This document shows, in pieces, positions 1-9,661 of a stretch of DNA of 64,000 nucleotides. A model generated the notes under the pieces. The model saw nothing but the letters and a program-made list of their open reading frames with translations. It made no database searches and was not told the DNA's origin. How positions within the stretch are numbered: the first letter of the stretch is position 1; every line of letters begins with the position of its first letter. Both the position numbers and the translations under genes were made by a program. The stretch covers positions 6,415 through 70,414 of the forward strand of contig NCBJ01000004.1 in the NCBI GenBank assembly GCA_002255585.1, given 5' to 3'. The stretch is from Parcubacteria group bacterium 21-54-25 (GTDB lineage: Bacteria > Patescibacteriota > Minisyncoccia > Phycocordibacterales > Phycocordibacteraceae).

Positions 1-190
1 CATTTGAAATTTCTGTTAGTGCTGTGGCGAGACTATCCAGCGCTTTCGTTGATTCACGCACATTTTGTGTCGCGGCGACCACGGACAGGTAGCTCGCCGC
101 GGCAATGGTCATGACAATACTAAAAATCCCGAGCGCGACAATGAGCTCGATGAGCGTGAACCCTTTGGGTGTAGTGCGGTGATGTATCAT
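1..190 (-). CDS. Type IV pilin/pseudopilin-like protein, N-terminal part (runs off window start)
   Basis: Minus-strand translation from ATG (revcomp of 188-190) gives MIHHRTTPKGFTLIELIVALGIFSIVMTIAAASYLSVVAATQNVRESTKALDSLATALTEISN..., with the class III prepilin motif G|FTLIEL. Its start overlaps the upstream pilin stop in an ATGA arrangement. No in-frame stop before position 1. Confidence 0.7.
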   Translation of the reverse strand, partial: MIHHRTTPKGFTLIELIVALGIFSIVMTIAAASYLSVVAATQNVRESTKALDSLATALTEISN

Positions 191-858
191 GGGCAGGTTC
201 CTTGGTCAACCGATATAATATTGGCGGTCGTCACGGTAATGCACGCATGCGCCGCTTTATCAGAGGAAGCAAGCTCTATGTGTGCGGTTGTAAAAGACGG
301 CGGATTCGGCGCCAACGTCCCGCCGCCACTTTGAGTGGCAGACATCTTGTTGGTTACTTCTCCGCGCGCAAAGACGATGTCTAGTTTGCTAAGTGATGTT
401 CCTGCTGAGTCATCTATCTTTGAAATGGTAATCCCATTATTGATATTGAAAGTGCTTAGGGTGACGTCGAGCGGCGGCGGCTCAAAAACACAATCCCCAG
501 TTTTTTGGGCTGGCGAGTTTGATGGACCGGTGGACGATGAGGGGTAACAAGGGACGGAACTGGGAGAGGTGTAGGTGTCTGCAAAAAGCGTATACGTATT
601 GTTTGTGGCGATGTTGAAATCGATGCCCGTACCATATGAAACCGGAAAAGAGACAACTCCGCCACCGCCGGTTACTCCACGTCCAGCAAAGCCGTACGCT
701 TCTGCTTCGCGTATGGAAAGCGCCACGTCATAGGCGGTGGTGGAAAGGATTATGGAATTATCAAACGAGCGCTGGTTCACAACCACAATCCCAATAATAA
801 CAGAGATAATAGCCAGCACGATGAGCATCTCAAGGAGCGTAAATCCCACTGAAGACAT
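187..858 (-). CDS. Type IV pilin-like protein (minor pilin/pseudopilin), 223 aa
   Basis: ORF 187..927 contains an internal ATG at 858 (verified: 'cat' at 856-858) giving MSSVGFTLLEMLIVLAIISV..., a prepilin peptidase cleavage/methylation motif. C-terminal Cys...Cys pair (CITVTT...QGTCP) is typical of a pilin disulfide loop. Confidence 0.75.
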   Translation of the reverse strand: MSSVGFTLLEMLIVLAIISVIIGIVVVNQRSFDNSIILSTTAYDVALSIREAEAYGFAGRGVTGGGGVVSFPVSYGTGIDFNIATNNTYTLFADTYTSPSSVPCYPSSSTGPSNSPAQKTGDCVFEPPPLDVTLSTFNINNGITISKIDDSAGTSLSKLDIVFARGEVTNKMSATQSGGGTLAPNPPSFTTAHIELASSDKAAHACITVTTANIISVDQGTCP

Positions 859-908
859 TCTCGAGTTTTTATTTCGAGCAAGCAACGGGACGAGGCGAGG
901 CGAGCGCA

Positions 909-1679
909 TTAGCGGGTGATAATCCATGTGATGAGTGAAAAAACGCTCCAGCCCGAGAAAAACGCAAGAAGGAACCCGGCTGCGAGGAAGGGCGCAAACG
1001 GCACCTCAATGCCCATTTTATGACCTTTGGGTGCGCGCGCCAAGATGACTACCCCGATGATTGCGCCGATCCAAAACGTGTACACAAACCCAGAAAACGC
1101 AAGTGGGCCGGCAAGAAGCGCAAGCGAAAAAGCAATCGGCGCGTCCGCAAGCCCCATGGCGCGGCCGCGCGAGACAAAGTGAAGAAACGCAAGCGAGAGG
1201 CCGATGAGCGCGGCTGTGAGGAATGAAAAACCGAAAGCAGCCGCGTCCGGCGCAACGAGCGCAGCAAAAGCAACAGACACGAGCGCAAACGGCAACGAAA
1301 ATACAGCGGGAACGACGGTGTGCCGCAGGTCATAGAGCACCAGCGCAGCAAGAAGCGAAAGCGCAATGAGGAAGAAAACTAGCGGGAGCGCAAGGCCGAG
1401 CTGCACGTATGCCAGCCAGAACAGCGTGCCGAGCACCGCTTCGGCAATCAAAGAGCACGGAGAGATGCGCGCGCCGCAGTGGCGACAATGCCCCAGTAGT
1501 ACCAACCACGAGAGGATTGGCGCAAGGTCGGTGGTCGTGAGTGCCGTGCCACAAGCGTCGCAGCGCGAGCGGCCGGAAAACCATGGCTCGCCAGTGTGAA
1601 GCCGCCCGGTAACGACGCCGAGGAAGCTCGCGATGACCGCTCCAAGCACAAAGAAAAAAATGCTAAGCGCAAGCAACAT
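909..1679 (-). CDS. pilD: Prepilin peptidase PilD (A24 family)
   Basis: 256 aa. N-terminal tetracysteine motif (CDACGTAL...CRHCGARI) followed by a polytopic membrane domain typical of the PilD/A24 peptidase family. ATG at 1679 verified. Confidence 0.85.
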   Translation of the reverse strand: MLLALSIFFFVLGAVIASFLGVVTGRLHTGEPWFSGRSRCDACGTALTTTDLAPILSWLVLLGHCRHCGARISPCSLIAEAVLGTLFWLAYVQLGLALPLVFFLIALSLLAALVLYDLRHTVVPAVFSLPFALVSVAFAALVAPDAAAFGFSFLTAALIGLSLAFLHFVSRGRAMGLADAPIAFSLALLAGPLAFSGFVYTFWIGAIIGVVILARAPKGHKMGIEVPFAPFLAAGFLLAFFSGWSVFSLITWIITR

Positions 1680-1726
1680 GTGCCTATAGTGTAGCGTACT
1701 TTTTGGCTACCTTGCCGGTTATAAAC

Positions 1727-1760
1727 ACAACAGCCCGCAAAAGCGGGCTGTTGTAAACAC
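1727..1760 (-). terminator. Perfect 12-bp stem hairpin immediately downstream of the major pilin gene
   Basis: acaacagcccgc-aaaa-gcgggctgttgt lies 21 nt past the pilin stop. No clear U-tract, so it may be a terminator or an mRNA-stabilising 3' hairpin. Confidence 0.4.
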
Positions 1761-1780
1761 TGTTGTGAGAAAGAACTCGA

Positions 1781-2311
1781 TTATGGACACGTGGCATCTG
1801 CACTTAGGCCACCGCCCAATCCTGCACCGCTAGCAACTTGTGTGGTCGAAATCAACGCACCCGTCCCGTTAGCGTCAACACAATACCAATTATTGGTAGC
1901 ACTGCTATTGAGCTCGACAGCAACGGCATAGGTTGAACCGTTTTGGCCTATAGCATAATATACTGTGCCAGCGCCGTCTTTTGCGGCTTGGTTCATAGCG
2001 TTCACGATGGTGTTGTCGAACGTAAACATATCCACCCCAGTACTGGAGTAGGTAAGTGGTGAGGCCGGTGTTACTGACTTCGCTGTATATGCTGCACCTC
2101 CAGTTCCGTAGTAGGCATTATTGTTGCTGTAATAAATGGCCGCTTCAGTGCGAACACTACCGATATCAGTTTGAGCTGCCGCGTCAGAGCCTTTCTGTCG
2201 CGCCGTGTTCAGAGACGCGAGCACAACAGCCGAGAGGATGCCGATGATGGCGATAACCACGAGAAGTTCGATAAGAGTAAAACCGCGTGATGCGGAAAGC
2301 TTTTTCTGCAT
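1781..2311 (-). CDS. pilA: Type IV major pilin (PilA-like)
   Basis: 176 aa. MQKKLSASRGFTLIELLVVIAIIGILSAV carries the canonical prepilin leader plus G|FTLIE. C-terminal Cys pair (CVDANG...ATCP). AT-rich promoter region upstream (2312-2429). Confidence 0.85.
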   Translation of the reverse strand: MQKKLSASRGFTLIELLVVIAIIGILSAVVLASLNTARQKGSDAAAQTDIGSVRTEAAIYYSNNNAYYGTGGAAYTAKSVTPASPLTYSSTGVDMFTFDNTIVNAMNQAAKDGAGTVYYAIGQNGSTYAVAVELNSSATNNWYCVDANGTGALISTTQVASGAGLGGGLSADATCP

Positions 2312-2429
2312 AAGAATATATAGTAAGGATTATGAACCGGAATAATGCATTATTGGTAAATATTCCGTTACTCTCATTGTACGCCCCCGCCAATGGTGTT
2401 TCCCAGGAGGGTGTGGATAACTGGTACCG

Positions 2430-3641
2430 TTAAAATGCGTTTGCGAGATTGTAAATTGGCACGAGCACCGAGGCAAGCAAAACGCCGACCCCAACACCCA
2501 AGAGCACAATCATCATTGGCTCAATGAGGTCCACGAGCGTGTCTACTGCTGTCATAACTTCTCGTGAGTAGAACTTTGAAAGCGTCGTGAGAATGCTGCC
2601 GAGCTCGCCGGTTTCCTCGCCCACCTTAATCATGGCAGTCATGATGCCTGGTATGACTTCTGGGTGTGCGGCAAGCGCCGCTGAAATAGTCGAGCCGCCG
2701 CGCACCGCATCGCGCGTCTGGTGGAGAACGTCCTGGTACACGGCGTTGTCGATAACATTTGCGGTAATGTCGATGACGTCCACGACCGGCACGCCGGAGA
2801 GCAGCATGGTTGATAAGTTGTCCGCGATGCGCGACAAATAGAGCTTTTGATACAGGTCACCCAGGTAGGGCAGCGAGATCTTGAAATGATCATACGCATA
2901 ACGCCCGTGGCTCGTCCGCAGCGAACGCCAGCCGAGAATGCCGCCACCAATAAGCACGATGAGTGCAAGAAGGCCGTAGTGAATGAGGAAGTTCGAGAGG
3001 TTGAGGATGATTTGTGTGTACACTGGAATTGGCTGGCCAGAGTCCACAAGAATGGCGCTCACGCGCGGAATGACGAATGTGAGCATGAGTATCATAACCG
3101 CAAAGAACGTAAAAATAACGAACGCAGGATATATGAGTGCGTTTTGCGCCTTGCTCACGAGCGCATAGGTGCGGTCGAGATAATCGGCGAGATAATTGAA
3201 GGTGTCGGAAAGCTTGCCGGATTCCTCACCGGCGCGCACCATGTTTACGTAAAACGTGCTAAATACCTTCGGATGTCGCGCGAGTGCCTGCGAAATGGCA
3301 CTCCCCCCCTGCAAATCGTCTGCAACCTTGGTCAAAATGTCGGCAAGAAGTTTGTTGTCCATCTCGCTTGCGAGGAGTCGGAATACGCGAAGCGCTGAAA
3401 CCTGCGCGGTAAAAAGTGTCGAGATCTGCCGCGAGAGAATAACGACCTCCTTATTGGACACGTGCTGAAAAATAGCGATGTCGGCAGTAAGAAGCGACCC
3501 CTTCTTCTTCGTAGGCTCAATCGAAGAAATGATGAGTTCGCGGCGCTGCAGCGCGGAAACGGCCACGTCCATCGAGAGCGCGTCTATGGTGCCTTCGCGT
3601 TCGTGGCCGTCTTTATCGAGTGCGTGATAGGTAAAAAGCAT
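2430..3641 (-). CDS. pilC: Type IV pilus assembly platform protein PilC (GspF family)
   Basis: 403 aa polytopic membrane protein with duplicated T2SS-F-type domains. Sits between the pilin and pilT. Confidence 0.85.
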   Translation of the reverse strand: MLFTYHALDKDGHEREGTIDALSMDVAVSALQRRELIISSIEPTKKKGSLLTADIAIFQHVSNKEVVILSRQISTLFTAQVSALRVFRLLASEMDNKLLADILTKVADDLQGGSAISQALARHPKVFSTFYVNMVRAGEESGKLSDTFNYLADYLDRTYALVSKAQNALIYPAFVIFTFFAVMILMLTFVIPRVSAILVDSGQPIPVYTQIILNLSNFLIHYGLLALIVLIGGGILGWRSLRTSHGRYAYDHFKISLPYLGDLYQKLYLSRIADNLSTMLLSGVPVVDVIDITANVIDNAVYQDVLHQTRDAVRGGSTISAALAAHPEVIPGIMTAMIKVGEETGELGSILTTLSKFYSREVMTAVDTLVDLIEPMMIVLLGVGVGVLLASVLVPIYNLANAF

Positions 3642-3658
3642 AGAAAGCGAGAGGTCTA

Positions 3659-4723
3659 CTATAGGTACCGCTCAAAGGTTTTTGGATCGAAGGCGTGCTC
3701 GTATGCGTGCTCAACGGTAACTTCGCCGCGGCGCACGAGTTCGGCCAGCGTGCGATCCATGTCAATCATCCCGTCCTGTGAGGAGGTTTGAATAATCGTG
3801 GGTATTTCGCTCGTGCGGCCCTCGCGAATGAGGTTTGCTACCGCGCTGTTGTTGAGCAGGAGTTCATAGGCCGGTATGAGACCGCCGGCGATGCGCGGCA
3901 CCAATCGCTGAGAAAAAATACCTGCGAGTGAACCGGCAAGCTGCATACCCACCTGCTTTTGTTGGCTTGCAGGAAACATGTCTATGATACGGTCGATGGT
4001 CTGCGCCGCATTGTTGGTGTGTAGGGTTGAAAGAACAAGATGGCCAGTTTCCGCAGCCGTGACTGCCGAAGCGACGGTTTCGGGATCGCGCATTTCACCT
4101 ACCATAATCACGTTTACGTCTTCTCGAAATGCTGCTTGAAGTGCCGAGTGAAAATTTGGTGCATCCACATACACTTCACGTTGGTGGATGAGCGATTTCC
4201 CCTGCTCAAAAAGATACTCGATCGGATCTTCGATAGTCACAATGTGATCGGTGCGTGTTTTGTTTATGCGGTCGATAATAGCGGCAAGTGTGGTGGACTT
4301 CCCTTGTCCCACCGGCCCCACCACCAAAAAGAAGCCCTGTGCGTGCTGGGTAAAAACATCGAGTACGGGCGGCAGACTGAGATCGGCAAAGGTGCGAATT
4401 TCGCGCGGAATAAGGCGCAGTGCGATGGCTACCGCCCCCTGCACGACGTAGCCATTGATACGAAAACGACCCTGATCTTTGTGCGCGTAGGAAAAGTCGA
4501 CTGATTGGTTCTTCTCAAACGTCTCCCAGCGTGACTCGGGCAAAATGCTCTTGAGCATTGTCTCTGTGTCGCTTGATGAAAGTACGGGCTGCTGCGTCAG
4601 CGGGATAAGCGAGCCGGTCATGCGAATAATCGGGCGCTGCCCGGCGGTAATATGCAAGTCTGAACCGCCTTCTGCGATAACAATGTCGAGTAAATCAGTA
4701 ATGTGTGATGTGGTGGGGCTCAT
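3659..4723 (-). CDS. pilT: Twitching motility ATPase PilT
   Basis: 354 aa. Walker A (VVGPVGQGKSTTLAAIID) and a PilT-type secretion ATPase core. ATG at 4723 verified. Confidence 0.85.
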   Translation of the reverse strand: MSPTTSHITDLLDIVIAEGGSDLHITAGQRPIIRMTGSLIPLTQQPVLSSSDTETMLKSILPESRWETFEKNQSVDFSYAHKDQGRFRINGYVVQGAVAIALRLIPREIRTFADLSLPPVLDVFTQHAQGFFLVVGPVGQGKSTTLAAIIDRINKTRTDHIVTIEDPIEYLFEQGKSLIHQREVYVDAPNFHSALQAAFREDVNVIMVGEMRDPETVASAVTAAETGHLVLSTLHTNNAAQTIDRIIDMFPASQQKQVGMQLAGSLAGIFSQRLVPRIAGGLIPAYELLLNNSAVANLIREGRTSEIPTIIQTSSQDGMIDMDRTLAELVRRGEVTVEHAYEHAFDPKTFERYL

Positions 4724-5109
4724 GGTGCGTTGTTTTCAATAATGCGAACCGTTTTTTCAAGCACTTCGGAGGGAATCGCGGACGCTTTTATGATATAGCC
4801 GTCAACGTGAAATTGTTTGGCTTTTTCAATATCGGGGTCCTGACCTTGGTTGGAAAGAACGATAATCTTTGCTCCTTCTGCAAGACCATCCTTACGAATC
4901 GTTTCGAGCACTTCAAAACCGTCAAGCTCTGGCATTATCAGATCGAGAAGCAGGGCGTCAAACGTTGGTTTTTCGCGCAATGCAGCGAGCAGCTCTCGCC
5001 CAGAGGTGAATGATTCGACCGTGTTACCAGCGTTCCTAAACTTCGCTGCGTACATGTTGAGCAGAAAACGATCGTCGTCTAACAGAAATATCGTGTGCGG
5101 GGCCGCCAT
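4720..5109 (-). CDS. Single-domain CheY-like response regulator (receiver only)
   Basis: 129 aa. Receiver-domain signature (LLDDD...DALLLDLIMPELDGFEV...K). Its stop overlaps the pilT start by 4 nt, and it lies between pilT and pilB. Confidence 0.8.
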   Translation of the reverse strand: MAAPHTIFLLDDDRFLLNMYAAKFRNAGNTVESFTSGRELLAALREKPTFDALLLDLIMPELDGFEVLETIRKDGLAEGAKIIVLSNQGQDPDIEKAKQFHVDGYIIKASAIPSEVLEKTVRIIENNAP

Positions 5110-5126
5110 AAGTCGAATAAGTTATT

Positions 5127-6887
5127 TTAGGATGTACGCTCTCCATCTCCGTCCTCTGCTAAAAAGTCACCGCCAAGCGCATTCACCTCTTCAAATGGAA
5201 TCTCGCCCGCGAGAGCTTTTATGATAGCATCTTCGTGCAGAGTCAACATGCCTTTTTGTCGTGCAGCAGCGTACACCTTTTCGGCAGCCGGGTTTGTAAG
5301 CACGATATGTTCGAGATCTTTGTCCATAGTGAGAATCTCAAACACGCCGGTGCGGCCTGCGGTACCAGTCGGACACTCCGGAGTGGATGAGGCGTGGTAG
5401 AACTCTTTGAACGGCGGAAGGCGCGGGTGATATTCCTCCGGCAAGTCGGAAAACTCCTTCTCCAAGAGGAGACGGAGGCTTTCGCTCACCGGGAATGGCT
5501 TCCCCGCTTTCGGACACAGTTTGCGCACAAGGCGCTGGGCAATGACGGCAATCAACGTCGGCGCAATAAGGTATGGGTCGACTCCCATATCGATAAGGCG
5601 CGGAAGCGCATCGGCAGCGGTGTTCGTGTGGATGGTCGAAAATACCAAGTGGCCGGTGAGTGCCGCCTGCACCGCAAGCTGCGCGGTCTCTTTGTCGCGA
5701 ATTTCGCCGACCATGATGATGTCCGGGTCCTGGCGCAAGATAGAGCGGAGCCCTGTGGCAAACGTGTAGCCAATTTCTGGACGCACTTGCGATTGCGCAA
5801 CACCTTGCACGTCATATTCAACGGGGTCTTCAAGCGAGACGACGTTGCGCGTTTCTCGGTCAAGCTCGGAAAGCATGGCGAACAATGTCGTTGATTTACC
5901 TGAGCCAGTGGGGCCAGAAATAAGAACGATGCCGTAGGGTTTTTGGATAATACTATGCACTGCATCGAGCTTTTCACCGACCAGCCCCAGCGAGGTAAGC
6001 GTCGCCTTTGATTTTGTCTGATCAAGAATACGCATCACGACCTTTTCGCCGTATTGCGTCGGAAAGGTTGAAACACGAAAATCGATGCGCCGTCCAGAGA
6101 CCGTTGCGGAAAAACGCCCGTCCTGTGGCTTGCGCTTCTCGTCAAGCCGCATTTGAGAAAGTATTTTGATGCGCGCAACGACTGATTGGTGAATCTTGGG
6201 CGGCAATGAAAGTGATGTGTGCAGGTCGCCATCCATGCGAAAACGCACACGGGTTCCTTTTGCAGTGGGTTCAATGTGCACGTCAGAGGCCTCTCCTTCA
6301 ACGGCGTATCGCAAAATAGTCGCAACGATTTTCGTCACCGGCGCATCAGTTTTAATATCTGATTCCTCGACGGCCTGTGGTTCCGCTACGTCTTGTTCGA
6401 GCTCACGCTGCGCAGTGCTCGCCGCGGTATCAAACTCGGAAAGCGCCTCATCGACCTCGCCCGTAATATTCTGATATTCATCGAGTACCGTCTTGAGGTC
6501 GGCTTCAGAAATAATATAGAGTTTGTACGGTATGCCGACTTTCGTTGAGATAAATTGTAGTGCGTCGAGCGCCTCGATGTTGTCCGGGTCGGTGATACCC
6601 ACCTCAAGCGCGCCCTCAACGAGTTTGAGCGGAACGAATTGATAGTGTCGAGCGGACTCTTCGGGCACATAGGCAAGCACGTCCGAAGGAATTTTTGTGT
6701 GACCAAGAACACGATGCGGTAGGCGGTAGTATTCACCGAGTGCGGTGAGCATTGCCTCCGCTGTAACGTTATGTTTGGCAAGCACCGCTTCCACTGAAGC
6801 ACTGCTCGTTCGCGCTTCAGCCTCGATAGCCGACCGGTCCTCGATCGTTATGACCTGCTGCTTGATGAGTACGTCGAGAATATTCAT
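5127..6887 (-). CDS. pilB: Type IV pilus assembly ATPase PilB (GspE family)
   Basis: 586 aa. N-terminal T2SSE_N-like domain and Walker A (GPTGSGKSTT) in a GspE-type ATPase core. Confidence 0.85.
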   Translation of the reverse strand: MNILDVLIKQQVITIEDRSAIEAEARTSSASVEAVLAKHNVTAEAMLTALGEYYRLPHRVLGHTKIPSDVLAYVPEESARHYQFVPLKLVEGALEVGITDPDNIEALDALQFISTKVGIPYKLYIISEADLKTVLDEYQNITGEVDEALSEFDTAASTAQRELEQDVAEPQAVEESDIKTDAPVTKIVATILRYAVEGEASDVHIEPTAKGTRVRFRMDGDLHTSLSLPPKIHQSVVARIKILSQMRLDEKRKPQDGRFSATVSGRRIDFRVSTFPTQYGEKVVMRILDQTKSKATLTSLGLVGEKLDAVHSIIQKPYGIVLISGPTGSGKSTTLFAMLSELDRETRNVVSLEDPVEYDVQGVAQSQVRPEIGYTFATGLRSILRQDPDIIMVGEIRDKETAQLAVQAALTGHLVFSTIHTNTAADALPRLIDMGVDPYLIAPTLIAVIAQRLVRKLCPKAGKPFPVSESLRLLLEKEFSDLPEEYHPRLPPFKEFYHASSTPECPTGTAGRTGVFEILTMDKDLEHIVLTNPAAEKVYAAARQKGMLTLHEDAIIKALAGEIPFEEVNALGGDFLAEDGDGERTS

Positions 6888-6917
6888 GATTCATAGCCGA
6901 GGTCTACACGATAAAAT

Positions 6918-7208
6918 TTAAAGAGGCGCGAAAGGATTCGTGCGACCAATCGGTTCTTGCGTGATTGGTGTCGTTATGTCCTGGAGCACCGTAAAACGCG
7001 GATCGGAAAAAAGGGATACGGAGAACGAAATGGACGAGAGCTGACCTGCCGTTTGTTCGAACTGTCCAGCGGTCGAACTTGCCGTACTAGAAGCTGTGAG
7101 CGGCGGCGCCGTAGACCCGGCGCTCTGCATATACACATACCCTCCAACCATCGCAACAACTACGATAAAGGCAATAACGGCAGGTGTGAGTGAAGAGTCT
7201 TTGTTCAT
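6918..7208 (-). CDS. Small membrane-anchored protein in pilus locus (function unknown, possible PilP-like)
   Basis: 96 aa. One N-terminal TM helix followed by a Ser/Thr/Ala-rich tail. Positioned between pilO and pilB, with a 4-nt overlap with the pilO stop. Confidence 0.45.
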   Translation of the reverse strand: MNKDSSLTPAVIAFIVVVAMVGGYVYMQSAGSTAPPLTASSTASSTAGQFEQTAGQLSSISFSVSLFSDPRFTVLQDITTPITQEPIGRTNPFAPL

Positions 7209-7795
7209 ACGTGTGAAGAGTCTCCTAACCAGTATACCTTGAGTGTCATACTATATGTCGCATTTTGCGCAGCATTCTTATTGGCTGAGCTGCCAGACGC
7301 GGTGCCGGCCGTCACTTTTATCGATTGCACGTCAATCAAACGCAAGCTGTGCTCAAGACCAGTAAGGAACGTGCGGAAGCTCTGGTAAGAACCGGTGCCG
7401 GAAAGATCAACCGTGAAAGATTGAACGGACGGCGCCGTAGCGGCGCGACCGTTTTGCGCGGTAGCCGGGGTCTGTGTATTTGCACTAAATTTCGAAAGCG
7501 TGAACCCCGCATTAGCCGCAAGCGTATTGAGATCATAGAGGAAATGCACGCTATGCGCGGTGGCAGGCAGAAATTGGTCGAGGCGCGTGCGGTTTGCGGT
7601 AGAGATCTGGTTAAATTGATTCTGTAGCTGAGACTCCTTGCTTGTGTATTGTTTTGCTGCTATTTGAGCGGCCTCGGTCGCGGTAATTTGCGCGTTAAGT
7701 GGTACAATCGTGTCGCTGTACGTTGGCTGTATGTAAACAAAATACAGACCGACAACAAAGAGTAATTCTATGAGGATGACGAGGCGGTTGTTCAT
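7205..7795 (-). CDS. pilO: Type IV pilus assembly protein PilO-like
   Basis: 196 aa. N-terminal TM helix plus a coiled-coil/periplasmic domain. Gene order pilM-pilN-pilO, with 4-nt overlaps. Confidence 0.65.
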   Translation of the reverse strand: MNNRLVILIELLFVVGLYFVYIQPTYSDTIVPLNAQITATEAAQIAAKQYTSKESQLQNQFNQISTANRTRLDQFLPATAHSVHFLYDLNTLAANAGFTLSKFSANTQTPATAQNGRAATAPSVQSFTVDLSGTGSYQSFRTFLTGLEHSLRLIDVQSIKVTAGTASGSSANKNAAQNATYSMTLKVYWLGDSSHV

Positions 7796-8460
7796 GGTGT
7801 GGTGCTGGTAGCGGTCGCAGCAGTGCTGGTTGCGGCCGCACCGGTCGAAGAGGCCGTGGTCGGATTTGCTACAGCAGCAAAGTTGTCAACGATTGATTGA
7901 TTAACGGTGGCCGATACGGAGAAATTAATTTCGGTACTTTTTTGCGAATTTGGTGTGATGTCAGAGAAAATGACATTTGTGAGGTCGGTATTTTGCATAA
8001 GCGCCTGCGATTCACTCACGAGCGCGTTAAAATCACGTGCCACTCCCTGCGCGTCCAGCGTAGCGGTGTTGTCTTTTTGTGTAGTGAGAGAAAGTGAGGT
8101 AATTTGTATATTCTGAACAGTTGTTTTTTCGAGCAAATCAAAGAGACGTGAGAATGTGCTGTGTTGACTTAGCAGGGTCTGCGCAGTCGCGAGCTGGTTG
8201 CTGACGTATGAAAACTGGGTCACGGTTGTTTGGTCGAGCGCGTGCTGAGTTTCTTGGAGTGTCGTCTGCTTACTCGCAAGCTGAGAGGTGAGGTACTGCC
8301 CATACAAAAACAACCCCCCCGTGACGACGAGCGCAACAACAAAAAATAGCGTTGCCGCAAAAGCAACCGCGCCCGCCAGATCGAATCGCGCGCGTCGCTG
8401 CGGCGTGTGCGTGGGCGGGCGCGGTACGAAAGAGGTTGGTACCCCGGAAGGAATTGGCAT
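7792..8460 (-). CDS. pilN: Type IV pilus assembly protein PilN-like
   Basis: 222 aa. Short cytoplasmic N-terminus, a TM helix and a coiled-coil periplasmic region. Immediately downstream of pilM. Confidence 0.65.
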   Translation of the reverse strand: MPIPSGVPTSFVPRPPTHTPQRRARFDLAGAVAFAATLFFVVALVVTGGLFLYGQYLTSQLASKQTTLQETQHALDQTTVTQFSYVSNQLATAQTLLSQHSTFSRLFDLLEKTTVQNIQITSLSLTTQKDNTATLDAQGVARDFNALVSESQALMQNTDLTNVIFSDITPNSQKSTEINFSVSATVNQSIVDNFAAVANPTTASSTGAAATSTAATATSTTP

Positions 8461-8537
8461 AGAATACTTATAGTATACGCGAGTACCGACGTTGCAGGAC
8501 TAGTTATACACAGGCCGCGCTGGAGGCGCACACGGCG

Positions 8538-9629
8538 CTATGTATGCTCAGTAAGTTTGCGTAACGCAATACCAACCGCAACGGAAAACTCCGGACCGAT
8601 TTCTTTCAACACTGGCCGCATGAATGCGGGTGCCTGTGTTTTTGCAAACGGATCGGCAATGCGTGTTGCGATAGAGAAAAATTTCTCGGCATAGTCGGCA
8701 AGCCCTTTGGTAACACCACCGCCACCGGTAAGGATGATAGCCGATACGGAGCGGTGGTGTTCCGCTTCAAACTGTGCAAGCACGCGCCTAGCTTCGCCAA
8801 AGATGCCCGAGAAAACGCTCTCCATGGACTCGCGTAGCGATCGTTCGGCATCGACAAAACCGGTCTTTTTCTTTGTTTGTTCGGCATGCACGATGTCAGA
8901 ACTCGAAGATACCGCGATAGCTTGCGTAACGTCCTGGCCACCGTGTGGGATAGCGTGTGAGACGCCCACAACGTTTTGCTCGACCACGTACACTTTGGTA
9001 GAACCCGCACCAATATCGATAATCATGACCGGCTTTGCTGGTTCGTCCACTACCGAACGGATGGTGCTGAAAATCTCAATTTCATAAAACGAGGCTACCA
9101 ACCCCGCTGTTGCAATTACGTTTTCAAGTAGTTTAATCTCGTCATTATGCACCGCAACGAGCAGCACATTGACATTTTGTGCGCGTTCACCATTTTCCGA
9201 CGTAGGCTCAGGCAGAATGAACCAGTCGAGCTGTACTTCAGAAACAGGAACAGGGATATATTTTCGTGCTTCTAGTTCTATAACGGTTTTTTGCTCTGCA
9301 GGATTGTCCCGGCGCGGTAATTCAACAAACGCAAGCAGCGAGCGCGACGAGGGAATAGAGACACCGCAATTAGTTGTGGTCACGCTTGCTTCGCGAAGCA
9401 GGTCAGTGAGTGTTTTAGCCATCGTGTCGGCCGGTAAATTGGTCGCCTGGCCAACTTCGGCACCGCCGTACGGACCGAGCGCTAGTTCGCCATACGTCTC
9501 AAGCACAACGACGCCGCGTTCTTTGCGCAGCTGCACTACCTTAAGCGACGATGAGCCGATGTCGATTCCCAACACGCTCGCGCCTTTCTTCTTTCCGAAA
9601 AAGTTCGTCAGAAAACTCATGTGCGCCAT
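8538..9629 (-). CDS. pilM: Type IV pilus assembly protein PilM (actin-like ATPase fold)
   Basis: ORF 8538..9767 contains an internal ATG at 9629 (verified) giving MAHMSFLTNFFGKKKGASVLGIDIGSSSLKVVQL..., a typical PilM N-terminus. The upstream extension overlaps the divergent gene. Confidence 0.8.
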   Translation of the reverse strand: MAHMSFLTNFFGKKKGASVLGIDIGSSSLKVVQLRKERGVVVLETYGELALGPYGGAEVGQATNLPADTMAKTLTDLLREASVTTTNCGVSIPSSRSLLAFVELPRRDNPAEQKTVIELEARKYIPVPVSEVQLDWFILPEPTSENGERAQNVNVLLVAVHNDEIKLLENVIATAGLVASFYEIEIFSTIRSVVDEPAKPVMIIDIGAGSTKVYVVEQNVVGVSHAIPHGGQDVTQAIAVSSSSDIVHAEQTKKKTGFVDAERSLRESMESVFSGIFGEARRVLAQFEAEHHRSVSAIILTGGGGVTKGLADYAEKFFSIATRIADPFAKTQAPAFMRPVLKEIGPEFSVAVGIALRKLTEHT

Positions 9630-9661
9630 TTTACCACGGGGCGATGCGGTACCATACCAAC

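Noticed and set aside
65-547. Plus-strand ORFs 65..334, 202..384 and 335..547
   Set aside because: They lie antisense to the pilin-like genes at 1..190 and 187..858, which show clear prepilin motifs. No motifs are present; these are high-GC antisense artefacts.
9551-9661. ORF-finder start of the ComF-like gene at 9551
   Set aside because: It would overlap pilM, whose verified start is 9629, by about 80 nt on the opposite strand. The in-frame ATGs at 9644 and 9662 give a normal-length ComF protein.
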